Positions 18,556 to 27,037 of a stretch of 47,493 bases of DNA are shown piece after piece. Position 1 is the stretch's first letter. Each line of letters begins with the position of its first letter. The position numbers and the translations under genes were made by a program. The notes beneath the pieces are model-generated. The model saw only the letters and a program-made list of their open reading frames with translations, ran no database searches and was not told the origin of the DNA. The DNA comes from a virus: IMG/VR virus record IMGVR_UViG_3300039412_000320. One strand, written 5' to 3'.

Positions 18556-19325
18556 AAGACCCTCTTGAACTTTTCCGCCCGAGCATACCAATCGGGCATC
18601 CAAGTCATCATTTCCTCCAAGGTTACATCATTTTTTATGGTGTTCACCCGTTTACCACAGAGCACGACATTTCCTTTGACATACCCCCCTTCCGGGACTA
18701 CCCTGTCAACCGAAAGGGTTAAAGCTGCATTAGGCTCCAAACTGAGTGGATAGTCGGTATAGAAACACCTACCATCCTGTTCTTCATACTGTCGATATAG
18801 GTCCTCTGGGTTGATGCTGAAAAGCACCTTGTTTTTCTCAGAACTTTTTCTAAGCCTGCCCCATCTTGCTTTCAGGTATTTACGAAAATCAGAGGCCATT
18901 CTGAGAGTGCTTTCTTTTTCTCGGCATCCACGGCACACCGACTCCCTGTATGGGTCATTTCCCGGTCGAGCAACCAACTTGAAATCACCGACAGGCTTCA
19001 CTTCTTTACACTTCCAACATCTCGCCCGTTCGGCATCTATGATATCCAGCCTATGCCTGATACGGGAGCTTGACCTTAGTCCGTGCTTACTCAGTGTTTC
19101 TCTGACCGTGTTTCTCGATACGCCAAATTGCAGAGCAATCTTACGATTAGACACCCCGTCTTTGTTGAGGCTTACTGCTTGTTCTTCTTGTTCTGGCGTC
19201 AAAGCACGGCTCTTGATTCCTGAACAAGTTTGGCATATTGAGCCGTCTTTAATCGCTTGCCAATAGGAGCTATACCGCTTGTATTCCCTTTCCTTCCCAC
19301 AGCGTGGGCAGTTCAGTTTCCACAT
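18552..19325 (-). CDS. HNH-family homing endonuclease with HTH, paralog of 15736..16584
   Basis: It has an N-terminal zinc ribbon (CPRCG...CQTCSG), an HTH (IALQFGVSRNTVRETL) and LSVDRVVPEGGYVKGNVVLCGKRVNTIKND. Confidence 0.7.
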   Translation of the reverse strand: MWKLNCPRCGKEREYKRYSSYWQAIKDGSICQTCSGIKSRALTPEQEEQAVSLNKDGVSNRKIALQFGVSRNTVRETLSKHGLRSSSRIRHRLDIIDAERARCWKCKEVKPVGDFKLVARPGNDPYRESVCRGCREKESTLRMASDFRKYLKARWGRLRKSSEKNKVLFSINPEDLYRQYEEQDGRCFYTDYPLSLEPNAALTLSVDRVVPEGGYVKGNVVLCGKRVNTIKNDVTLEEMMTWMPDWYARAEKFKRVL

Positions 19326-19339
19326 AGTCTATGAATGCT

Positions 19340-19374
19340 CTATTGGAGCACCCCCCAATATAGGCATCCAATAG
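19340..19374. other. Hairpin or palindrome CTATTGGA-(19 nt)-TCCAATAG between Pnkp and the HNH gene
   Basis: An 8-bp perfect inverted repeat lies in the 57-bp gap. Confidence 0.3.
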
Positions 19375-19382
19375 TTCAGTCG

Positions 19383-20471
19383 TCAAAAATCTTCGTAGGC
19401 TCCGCATCGGGGGCAATGCCTCCAACCTTTCTTTTCCGGCTTGAACTGGCAAGTAGCAGAGTGGTCCGTGGTTCCGCCCACAGGGTAAACCTTGAACCCC
19501 ATGTCCTTCCACATACGGATTACTTGCCATCTGTCATCAATCAAAAAAGCTATTCGTTCCTTCGGAATGACCCGGAGTATCGTCTCCATAATCCGTCGCT
19601 TGACGATATAATCGTGGTCAAAGTTGGTAGCCGGGCGCATCAAGAGGAGGTCGAATGGCACCCGATAACAACTCAGCCAAGAACAAGTGTCTGTCGAGCA
19701 GGAGTCGTGTCTTCCACTGAGAATTCCGATATTGTGGGTGCTGTACAGTCCCCGGACCCACTTCGCCACGCCCTCCCGGCAGGAGTCCAGCAGGACCTTC
19801 GTCTCGTCGAACTGGTTCCGCTCGCCCTCGTTCTCGGCAAGGCTGCCGTCCACGTCGCAGAACACCCACGGTGCGCCCGGCAGGCGCTCGTGAAAGTCCC
19901 TGCCCCCGGCGATGACGGCGTTAAGCTCGTTCCAGTCGTCTACCGCCCGGTTGGTTTCATCCAGACCGTAGCCAGCCGGGCGGACGGTTGTTTCCCGCAG
20001 CCGCTTGAACTGTTGGTCGATGGCTTCCTCGGGCACGCATTCTTTGCCGGTGCGTAGGGCGTTCCGCCGCTTACACTCTTCCTTGTCCACGTTCATGACA
20101 TGCAGGCAGAACTTTACCCGAGCGCCACGGGCAATCTCTTCCAGCTTTTGCCGGGTGCGGGACACGCAGTTGGTGTCATCCACGATGACGTTGAGTCCCA
20201 TGGCGAGGAACATACGGATGCCCTCTTCCTCATACTTGCGGACCACATCTTCCTTCGAGTGGTTCCACGGGGAATCACAGTAGAGCATGGCACGGATGGT
20301 GTCCCGGTTTACCCGGACGGTCGCTCCCGCTGCCCAGTTGACAAGACTGCGGGCATGGGTGGACTTTCCTGAGCCAGCCGGGCCGACCATAACGGTCAGC
20401 GTGGGGGCATTTTCCTTACCCCCGGAGTAATCCATGTACTGTTCACTGTGCGATGTCTTTTCGAGTTCCAT
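19383..20471 (-). CDS. Polynucleotide 5'-kinase/3'-phosphatase (T4 Pnk-like, bifunctional)
   Basis: The N-terminal Walker A is VMVGPAGSGKST. The C-terminal HAD phosphatase motif is VFCDVDGSLA. The gene has its own promoter element plus SD GAGGAG. Confidence 0.85.
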   Translation of the reverse strand: MELEKTSHSEQYMDYSGGKENAPTLTVMVGPAGSGKSTHARSLVNWAAGATVRVNRDTIRAMLYCDSPWNHSKEDVVRKYEEEGIRMFLAMGLNVIVDDTNCVSRTRQKLEEIARGARVKFCLHVMNVDKEECKRRNALRTGKECVPEEAIDQQFKRLRETTVRPAGYGLDETNRAVDDWNELNAVIAGGRDFHERLPGAPWVFCDVDGSLAENEGERNQFDETKVLLDSCREGVAKWVRGLYSTHNIGILSGRHDSCSTDTCSWLSCYRVPFDLLLMRPATNFDHDYIVKRRIMETILRVIPKERIAFLIDDRWQVIRMWKDMGFKVYPVGGTTDHSATCQFKPEKKGWRHCPRCGAYEDF

Positions 20472-20485
20472 AGGTCTCCTCAGTA

Positions 20486-20500
20486 ACAGTATACCACGAA
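20486..20500 (-). promoter_or_regulatory. Conserved extended -10 promoter element, copy 2
   Basis: The minus strand reads CTTCGTGGTATACTGTTACTGAGGAGACCT ATG. Confidence 0.5.
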
Positions 20501-20501
20501 G

Positions 20502-20774
20502 TCAGGCGGCAGTGGAGGAAAATGTGCTGCGTTTCTTTGCCCACGCCTTTTTGTCCTTGGGGGTGCTGGTCAGGCCATGGGAGATAACGTCCTTCAAAAC
20601 CCCCATAAGTTCAAGAATCTTAGCAACATCCGCCTCTTCAAGGTAGACATTGTTGCCGTCCCGGCTGATGACTCGGGCGTAAATGGTGTTGGGCGCTCCA
20701 AAGCAGTCATCGCCCCGTTTGTTGATTTGGACGCTGTTACATCCCACGGTGCAAGTCAGTGTTCCAGTGCTCAT
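20502..20774 (-). CDS. hypothetical protein, 90 aa
   Basis: Called on ORF and coupling to the upstream gene. Confidence 0.45.
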   Translation of the reverse strand: MSTGTLTCTVGCNSVQINKRGDDCFGAPNTIYARVISRDGNNVYLEEADVAKILELMGVLKDVISHGLTSTPKDKKAWAKKRSTFSSTAA

Positions 20775-21058
20775 ACAACCTCCTTGGCCCTGATAGCCGC
20801 CCGAGTTTCCTCCGGGTCGATGATGCGCATATGACGCATGTTCCCCATGATATCCATGGGCATGAAATCATCCTGCCGCAGGTCCTGGTAATCTGGCAGA
20901 CCCTTCCACTTGTGGGTGTCGGCGGTCCGATGGCAGCATGGTGTTTTGAATACGTCACAGTCGGCGTGGCGGGCGATTGGTTCCGTGGCACACAGGTCGT
21001 AGACCGCTCCGCAATGCAAGCAGACCACCGGGCTTAACATCTGAATTTTCTTTCCCAT
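20771..21058 (-). CDS. hypothetical Cys-rich zinc-binding protein, about 95 aa
   Basis: It carries CLHCG...CDVFKTPCCH. The ATG at 21058 sits behind SD AGGAGACGT. Confidence 0.45.
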   Translation of the reverse strand: MGKKIQMLSPVVCLHCGAVYDLCATEPIARHADCDVFKTPCCHRTADTHKWKGLPDYQDLRQDDFMPMDIMGNMRHMRIIDPEETRAAIRAKEVV

Positions 21059-21065
21059 ACGTCTC

Positions 21066-21488
21066 CTACTGGTAATTCTCGTCTTGAATGATTCCAAACT
21101 TGCTGAAATAGCGTAAAGGACGCCACTTGTGCCCCTTCACGTAGAATCCCCACTTATGGTAGGGCCGACCACAGAAGAGCAAAGTCCAAGCCCCGCCTTT
21201 GGGAATGTCCAAGTAGTGACGGCGCAAGGCGTCCGATTTCCAGATAGACCCGGCCTTAACCTCGAAGGTCCCATCCGGGGTCACATTCTTGTAATGACCT
21301 TTGAGAATAATAGATACGAAATTGCTGGCATGGTCGTGGAAAAAACGCCGGTCATCTGACCGGAGCCAGTGATGGAGCCGGATGGAGAACCCGAAGATGA
21401 TAAGCGTCCACCGATAAAGGTAGGGGCACTCGGGTCTGCCGAGTGCCTCCTTCCAACGGATTTGGAACACCTTTCCAAACGGGGTCAT
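21066..21488 (-). CDS. hypothetical protein, 140 aa
   Basis: Called on ORF only. Confidence 0.55.
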   Translation of the reverse strand: MTPFGKVFQIRWKEALGRPECPYLYRWTLIIFGFSIRLHHWLRSDDRRFFHDHASNFVSIILKGHYKNVTPDGTFEVKAGSIWKSDALRRHYLDIPKGGAWTLLFCGRPYHKWGFYVKGHKWRPLRYFSKFGIIQDENYQ

Positions 21489-21496
21489 GGTTGTCC

Positions 21497-21784
21497 TTAA
21501 CCACCGGCACGCTCGCAGGGTCCTTCATTGTACCAAGCCCAAAATCCCTTGCCATAAAGGGTACTCATGACTTGCTCGAACACATAGTGCTCGAAGTCCT
21601 TGGCATAGCCGTCTGGCTTGGAGATTTCCTCAATCTGGCTCACCACGAAAGCTTTCAGATTGTTCCAGTCGGGTTTCTCAAGCAGCGGGGGAGGCGCATT
21701 TCCCTCCGCTTCCCGAGCTTCAAGTTCGGCTTCCAACTCCTCGGTGCTCAACCTTGATAGATGGGGATTACGCTTCGATGCCAT
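21497..21784 (-). CDS. hypothetical protein, 95 aa
   Basis: An SD (AAGGAGG) precedes the start. Confidence 0.5.
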   Translation of the reverse strand: MASKRNPHLSRLSTEELEAELEAREAEGNAPPPLLEKPDWNNLKAFVVSQIEEISKPDGYAKDFEHYVFEQVMSTLYGKGFWAWYNEGPCERAGG

Positions 21785-22154
21785 ACAGCCTCCTTGAAAT
21801 TTGGGCGGGCTTAGGGTTACCAGCCCTTTGATACGGAGATTGGAAATCTCACTCCGCCCTCATGTGAATGAGGGTGCTCTCTACCCGATTCCGAAAAGGC
21901 TATGGTCACTAGCCTCCCCGGCCTCGAATAAGTCTCAGACTGGCAACGATGGCCTATCGCCCTCCAGTCTAAGAACTCCAACTGAGCTACCCGCCGAAAA
22001 CTCTGCGCCCATGGTCGGCGGCTCCATCCGAGTCGAACGGATGCCGGAAGGTTATGAGGCTTCTGGCTTTCCTAAAAGAGCCGTCCCTGTTTCCCCACCG
22101 TAACGTCAGACCCGTGGCGATGCGAGTCCTACAAACCGGCAGGGGCCGGGCAAC
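21785..22154 (-). ncRNA. ORF-free structured region with tRNA-like elements; candidate ncRNA or degenerate tRNA gene(s)
   Basis: There is a perfect hairpin CCCTCAT-GTGA-ATGAGGG at 21858..21875. At 22018..22083 (minus) the sequence reads CGGCTCT..GAAGC-CTCATAA-CCTTC..ATCCG-TTCGACT-CGGAT-GGAGCCG, i.e. acceptor stem, a CAU anticodon loop and a canonical T-arm, but the D-arm is too short. At 21978..21996 (minus) there is a CGGCGGGTAGCTCAGTTGG motif that looks like a tRNA 5' end. Confidence 0.3.
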
Positions 22155-22634
22155 TTAATGCTTTTTGCTCCATTCCTTCAAAAGCTTTTTGCGATAATGC
22201 TTCGGCATCCTCTGAATAAAAAGAATTCCGTTGATGTGGTCCTCTTCGTGTTGAGCGCAATGAGCGTCTAAACCCGTGAGTTCCAAAGTCGTTTCTTTCC
22301 CGCTCATTGGCTCTTGATAGATAATTGTACATTCATCCCGTCGAGAAACAGGTCCGTAAAAATTTGGGAAGGACAAGCAACCCTCCTCAATAATCTTATA
22401 CTCACCTTTAGGCGTAATTTTTGGGTTGACAGCAATTATTTTTTTACCGTCCGCAAGTTTCATGATAAAGACTCTTCGACTAACACCCACTTGGGGAGCA
22501 GCTAAACCCAAACCGTTGTAAGATAACATTATTTCTATCATTTCATTGCACAGTTTTACTAAAAATTCGCCAAATTCCGTAACCGTCTCAGACCTTTGGA
22601 GTAAAATCTCTGTGGGATAGTATAGGATATTCAT
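22155..22634 (-). CDS. def: peptide deformylase
   Basis: It carries the three PDF motifs GLGLAAPQVG, EGCLSFP and HEEDHINGILF. The ATG at 22634 overlaps the HNH stop. The gene is AT-rich. Confidence 0.85.
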   Translation of the reverse strand: MNILYYPTEILLQRSETVTEFGEFLVKLCNEMIEIMLSYNGLGLAAPQVGVSRRVFIMKLADGKKIIAVNPKITPKGEYKIIEEGCLSFPNFYGPVSRRDECTIIYQEPMSGKETTLELTGLDAHCAQHEEDHINGILFIQRMPKHYRKKLLKEWSKKH

Positions 22635-23341
22635 TATTTTAACCCCAATCTGTATTTCGCTATGCGCTCCACCCAATGCAGAAACTCATCAACGGAATCC
22701 GCTTTCTTCCTCTCATTACATTTCTTACAAGCGGGAACGATATTATCTTTTAAATATCCGAGGTCGTTGTTTAAGCGGTCGATTCCATTGCACATAAAGT
22801 ATCCGTATCCCGTTGCGAGCCGCACTTCCCGCTGTGGTGGAGACCCACAGTACCAACAGTCTTTTTTAAGGATATCAGTCGCTTCCTCATTAGTAAGACC
22901 AAAAACAAGGTTTCTCGCCACGGCGTTACGTTCATACTGTCTTACAGTTTTTCTGGCAGCGGATGCACCAAAGGCTTTACGCTCGCTCTCTCGGGTTTGC
23001 GTGTACAAGCACCCGCAACTCCTTGTGTGACTGTCCAACAACTTGCATCTACCGACAACGGTTATTTTTCCACAATCACAAAGACATTCAAAGAAAGTTT
23101 TTTGATTGTGTATCTCCTTTAATCCAAGGACGGTAAGGTATCCGAATCGTTTACCGACAATGTTTTCAAACCCCCTACAACCACAGCTACTCCTGACCCC
23201 GGAGTTTAGCTTTCTTCCCTCAACGCAGCATTCTTTGCCGCAATCACATTTGCATACCCACTTTCGGGGTATAAATTCATCTCTTCTTAATGCAACTAAA
23301 TGCCCCAACCTCCTGTTTGTCAAATCTCCAACTCTTTTCAT
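22634..23341 (-). CDS. HNH homing endonuclease with N-terminal Cys-repeat DNA-binding module
   Basis: It has two RxGxL.VL...W.C.CDCG...SCGC repeats and the C-terminal HNH motif GIDRLNNDLGYLKDNIVPACKKCNERK. An SD (AGGAGG) precedes the start. Confidence 0.8.
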   Translation of the reverse strand: MKRVGDLTNRRLGHLVALRRDEFIPRKWVCKCDCGKECCVEGRKLNSGVRSSCGCRGFENIVGKRFGYLTVLGLKEIHNQKTFFECLCDCGKITVVGRCKLLDSHTRSCGCLYTQTRESERKAFGASAARKTVRQYERNAVARNLVFGLTNEEATDILKKDCWYCGSPPQREVRLATGYGYFMCNGIDRLNNDLGYLKDNIVPACKKCNERKKADSVDEFLHWVERIAKYRLGLK

Positions 23342-23417
23342 ATAACCTCCTATAAAGGATATACATAGTTGGAAATTGGACTAGCTACCCCTTAGATGGG
23401 TGGAACTTTTTATAAAT

Positions 23418-23897
23418 TTATAATCGCCCTCCAATCAGGCGCTCAATTTCGGATTTCTCAACGCCCCACCAGCCGGGGTCGCTGTAGTACTTGTAACTGC
23501 CTTTTTCGCCTTTGAATTCCATGATGGAGTAGTCATCCCGGTCGGGATGGCTGGAATAGCTCCGGTTATCATAGTGTTCCACAAGGATGTTGGTGCGGTC
23601 GGACGTGGGGCCGAATACGTGCCCAAGGCTAAACTGCTCTTCGACGGCATCAGCGACCATTTCAATTCCATTGGTGATGGAACAACCGGGGTTGGTGTCA
23701 ATCTCCGTGGCGATAAAGACTTTGCGGTCGGGGCCTACATAGGCGTCCAGATGACAGGCAGCGATTTGTCTGCCGTAGCCCTTGTAGTTGAACTTTCCTG
23801 AAAAAATTAGGGCGAGGGGTTTGCTGGAAGGTTCCAGCTTTAGGTCTTCCAATGTGATAGGCGATACAGCCTGCGCTTTGGTAAAAGCCATAGACAT
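23418..23897 (-). CDS. hypothetical protein, 159 aa
   Basis: The conserved promoter element plus SD GAGGAG lie upstream. Confidence 0.55.
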   Translation of the reverse strand: MSMAFTKAQAVSPITLEDLKLEPSSKPLALIFSGKFNYKGYGRQIAACHLDAYVGPDRKVFIATEIDTNPGCSITNGIEMVADAVEEQFSLGHVFGPTSDRTNILVEHYDNRSYSSHPDRDDYSIMEFKGEKGSYKYYSDPGWWGVEKSEIERLIGGRL

Positions 23898-23910
23898 GTT
23901 CTCCTCAATT

Positions 23911-23925
23911 ATAGTATACCACGAG
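23911..23925 (-). promoter_or_regulatory. Conserved extended -10 promoter element, copy 3
   Basis: The minus strand reads TCTCGTGGTATACTATAATTGAGGAGAACA ATG. Confidence 0.5.
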
Positions 23926-23936
23926 AAGAGAGGAAT

Positions 23937-26264
23937 TTAGGGATTTTTTTCAAGCGGTAGGATTCTCTTGGGGTTGAGCAAGTCGTTGGAGGCCACTCGA
24001 TTGGTCAGGGAGGTGTAGTACTTCCCTTGTGCCTTCGCCTCCCGGCGCTTGGCATCACGGAAATCTTCCAATTTATTCAACAGGATAACGCCTTCGGGCC
24101 AGTCCTCACCATTTTGACGAAGCCAGCGTACATACTCGGCAATCTCGTGCGCCGGATACCACAAGGGGTCATCCCGGTCAGGTTCGGGGTAAGTGGTCTC
24201 CTGTCGATACTCAGCCTCGGCAATCCGTTCCAGCTTATCCTCATAAGGTTGGCTACGCTGTTTCAGGATGTCTTCACCATCCGGCCATACCCCCACAACC
24301 GGCTCCATGGGCTTATTCCAGTTGGGAACCTCATAGGTGTGCTTTTCGGGCTTAAGCAGATTGAGATACCCGGCAACCAAAGCTTGGTTGCTCTGCCACA
24401 TGTCGGGATAATCCTTGTATCTTTGAAGAAGAACCGCCTCCAACTCAGGCCAGCGGCCCTTGATGACATCTTTGATATATCCCCCCATGGCACCGGGGAA
24501 CTTGTCATCGTGGTATGAGTTACGCTCCAGACGCTCAAAATCATCCGGGATGAGTTCATTCTTTTTATCCCTCATCTCGTTGAGGTATCGCTCCTCCAAC
24601 TCAGGCCAGCGACCCTTGATAATCTGCTCAGCGTAGTCGGCCCTCACGGCATCTTTATTGACATATTTCGTGGTCGATTTCGTGGCGGGGACCACAGGAT
24701 TTCCGGGATTATCACGCATCCACTGCCTCCGGTCCCGCTTATCCATAGGCTCTTGAACATTGTAGAAAACTAACTTGGGTTGGGTGAGCATGGCTTCCAA
24801 CCGGGGGTCTCTCGCTCCCCCTTTCATGTTATTCAAATAGTCAAAGTAGGTGGTATAGTTGTGGTCAGCAAGCAGAATTTCTCCCAACTCGTCCCACGAT
24901 TCAATGTGAAACGCCTTGGCATACTCCATGGCTTCCTTGGGAGCATACTTGCACATGAGCATTTCAGGCCGGGGCATACCGCCGAACTCGAAAGACCGTT
25001 GCGTGGATATTTCCCGCCACGGCTTTTTGATAATCTTCAAGGCATACTGAACAGCCAGTTTACCCATGGTCTCATTGCCAGCGGTAGTCCAGAACTTGTG
25101 CTCCAACGCTGTCCAACGTCCTTTGATGACCGTGGCAGCATAATTCAGTGCCCGTGTGGCGTTGTCGTTGTCTATCGCCGCCCGGCGCAGGAGGGTGGGT
25201 TCAATGGCAGGCCAGCGACCACGGATATGGTCATTGACATATTCTACAGCCGTTCCAATGTACTTGCCAAGGTTCTTAAGCAGAACATACTCGAACAACT
25301 CCCACCGCTGCCTCGGATAGAACTTGTCTGCATACCTCTTAAGCTTGGGGATTCCCACCGAAGGCCACTGGATTTTAAGATACTCCATCTCCTCTGGGGT
25401 GAGCGGGGTGCCGGTCAGTATATGACCATCTATCCAGTGGTCATTACTGGTGAGAAGCTGTTGACCCAGTATCACTGGGTCACTAAGGCTCTGCTTCTTC
25501 ATCCACGCATCCACCTGCGGGTCCACAGCAGCGATGTAGTCCGCTGCTTCCCGAGCTACCGGATGGGTGATGGCGGTACCAATGAGGGGTCCCGGAACGT
25601 CCTCGTAGTGCCCCCAACCCTTGTAACGCTTGCTCGTACTCGGCTGATGATATTGCACGATGAGAGACTCATCCCTGCGGTCCTTGTACTGATTGCTGGA
25701 GGGGTGAAGCTGAGCGAAGGGAAGTCCTCGGTAGAAAATCACATAGCTGGGTCCGGTTCTGAGGTAGCTGCTGGCGGCACCATGGCGGGTACACCATTCC
25801 GTTGAGTCGGAGAGAATGCGGAGCGCCTCGGGATTGGTCACCTTGAAGATAACGAAGTCACCCTTTTGAACGATGATTTGCTGTCCCGGCAAGTTCTTGA
25901 AGGTGTCAAAATTCTTGGAGCGAATGACCGTCATGGCATTCGCTTCGAGGGTCCGGGCAAGGTCTCCGGGGGTCTTATAACTGTTGATGTCCTTGTTGCC
26001 GCCAAAGCCCGGCTGGCGCTTCTGCGTCTGAAAACGGGAGAGGTTCTCCTTGATACCCTCGGCGTCCTCGGGGAGACGGATGAGACCACCCTTCACCATC
26101 CGGGCAAGCCAAGTCACAAAATCCGTTTGATTGGGGCTGGGGTCGGCGGCGATGCACATTTCCACCTGTTCCTTGGAAAGCTGCATCTGCCTCGTGAGGA
26201 GGTCGATTTTGGCATCCGAAGGGCGGGATGTGATGAGAAAGCTGGCTGTAAAGCTTAGGCCCAT
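23937..26264 (-). CDS. large hypothetical protein, 775 aa, with four internal (I/V)(I/R)KGRW(P/T)(E/A)(L/I)E repeats
   Basis: It is a long ORF with clean composition. The repeats are HIRGRWPAIEP, VIKGRWTALEH, IIKGRWPELEE and VIKGRWPELEA. The antisense 341-aa ORF was rejected. Confidence 0.65.
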   Translation of the reverse strand: MGLSFTASFLITSRPSDAKIDLLTRQMQLSKEQVEMCIAADPSPNQTDFVTWLARMVKGGLIRLPEDAEGIKENLSRFQTQKRQPGFGGNKDINSYKTPGDLARTLEANAMTVIRSKNFDTFKNLPGQQIIVQKGDFVIFKVTNPEALRILSDSTEWCTRHGAASSYLRTGPSYVIFYRGLPFAQLHPSSNQYKDRRDESLIVQYHQPSTSKRYKGWGHYEDVPGPLIGTAITHPVAREAADYIAAVDPQVDAWMKKQSLSDPVILGQQLLTSNDHWIDGHILTGTPLTPEEMEYLKIQWPSVGIPKLKRYADKFYPRQRWELFEYVLLKNLGKYIGTAVEYVNDHIRGRWPAIEPTLLRRAAIDNDNATRALNYAATVIKGRWTALEHKFWTTAGNETMGKLAVQYALKIIKKPWREISTQRSFEFGGMPRPEMLMCKYAPKEAMEYAKAFHIESWDELGEILLADHNYTTYFDYLNNMKGGARDPRLEAMLTQPKLVFYNVQEPMDKRDRRQWMRDNPGNPVVPATKSTTKYVNKDAVRADYAEQIIKGRWPELEERYLNEMRDKKNELIPDDFERLERNSYHDDKFPGAMGGYIKDVIKGRWPELEAVLLQRYKDYPDMWQSNQALVAGYLNLLKPEKHTYEVPNWNKPMEPVVGVWPDGEDILKQRSQPYEDKLERIAEAEYRQETTYPEPDRDDPLWYPAHEIAEYVRWLRQNGEDWPEGVILLNKLEDFRDAKRREAKAQGKYYTSLTNRVASNDLLNPKRILPLEKNP

Positions 26265-26272
26265 ATTCGTCT

Positions 26273-26938
26273 CTAATTTTGAAACGAATAGTTATTTACA
26301 CTCATTTTACTCCTGTATTCTATCACCGCCTTCATTGCTACTTTCATTTCTTCGTGGGTAAGGTACTTGTTTTTTATTCTATTGCAAATCACACAACAAG
26401 GTACAACGTTTTGTAGAGTATACCCGCTTTTAGGAATTTTCTTGTCTAACCCGTGTCCAGATTCATTTAGCAACCCACCACAATACCAACAAGGGTTTTT
26501 AATGAGGTTAGAATATGCGGGCAGGTCTATGTCTGAAGGAACCCCACTACACTTTATTGCTCTCTTCAAGTTGCTCCAACGTCCCTTAAGACTGCGAAGC
26601 CACTTTTTGCCGATAGCCGATAGCTCTTCCTTGTATTTCTCATAGTAATGCTGTTGACACAGTCCTCGGCCCACTGCCCTAAGCCCACAATGACAGAACA
26701 CTCGGTCCTTACGGTTTCTGCCTGCGCACAGACGACACCTACCTGTGTGGGTTTTTAGTTTTTGGGGATATACTGAAATTTCTTTTCCACAGCCTAACAC
26801 ACAGGGGAATATATATCGTAGTCTTTTAACAAGCTTCTTTATTCCATGTGAATTCCCCTGTTTTAAGATACTTTCAACTCGGATAGCATTTTCTCGTAGT
26901 AACATAGAACCCCCATACAAAGGGGGTTTATAGTTCAT
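26273..26938 (-). CDS. HNH homing endonuclease
   Basis: It carries GLDKKIPKSGYTLQNVVPCCVICNRIKN and is an AT-rich island. Confidence 0.75.
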   Translation of the reverse strand: MNYKPPLYGGSMLLRENAIRVESILKQGNSHGIKKLVKRLRYIFPCVLGCGKEISVYPQKLKTHTGRCRLCAGRNRKDRVFCHCGLRAVGRGLCQQHYYEKYKEELSAIGKKWLRSLKGRWSNLKRAIKCSGVPSDIDLPAYSNLIKNPCWYCGGLLNESGHGLDKKIPKSGYTLQNVVPCCVICNRIKNKYLTHEEMKVAMKAVIEYRSKMSVNNYSFQN

Positions 26939-27037
26939 TTTTAGGTTACAACTTTTGTTTCTTCCCCCTTCGGTGTATCTTAGTCTTAATATTTCCGCTG
27001 AGGGGTTTCTTACAATAATGGCACACTGGTCGCCTAC

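Noticed and set aside
19335-20057. A 240-aa plus-strand ORF.
   Set aside because: It is antisense to the Pnkp gene, which has unambiguous Walker A and HAD motifs.
22018-22083. A canonical tRNA-Met(CAU) gene.
   Set aside because: The acceptor, anticodon loop and T-arm are present, but the region between U8 and the anticodon stem is only about 13 nt, so no 4-bp D-stem and loop can form. It is kept only as a tRNA-like element.
23342-23417. A rho-independent terminator downstream of the HNH gene.
   Set aside because: Only a 4-bp GC stem (ACCC/GGGT) is present, and the U-run is on the wrong strand for the minus-strand genes.
24780-25805. A 341-aa plus-strand ORF.
   Set aside because: It is antisense to the 775-aa minus ORF. 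Its composition is junk-like (R/L/G/P-rich), it has no RBS, and the minus ORF has coherent repeats.
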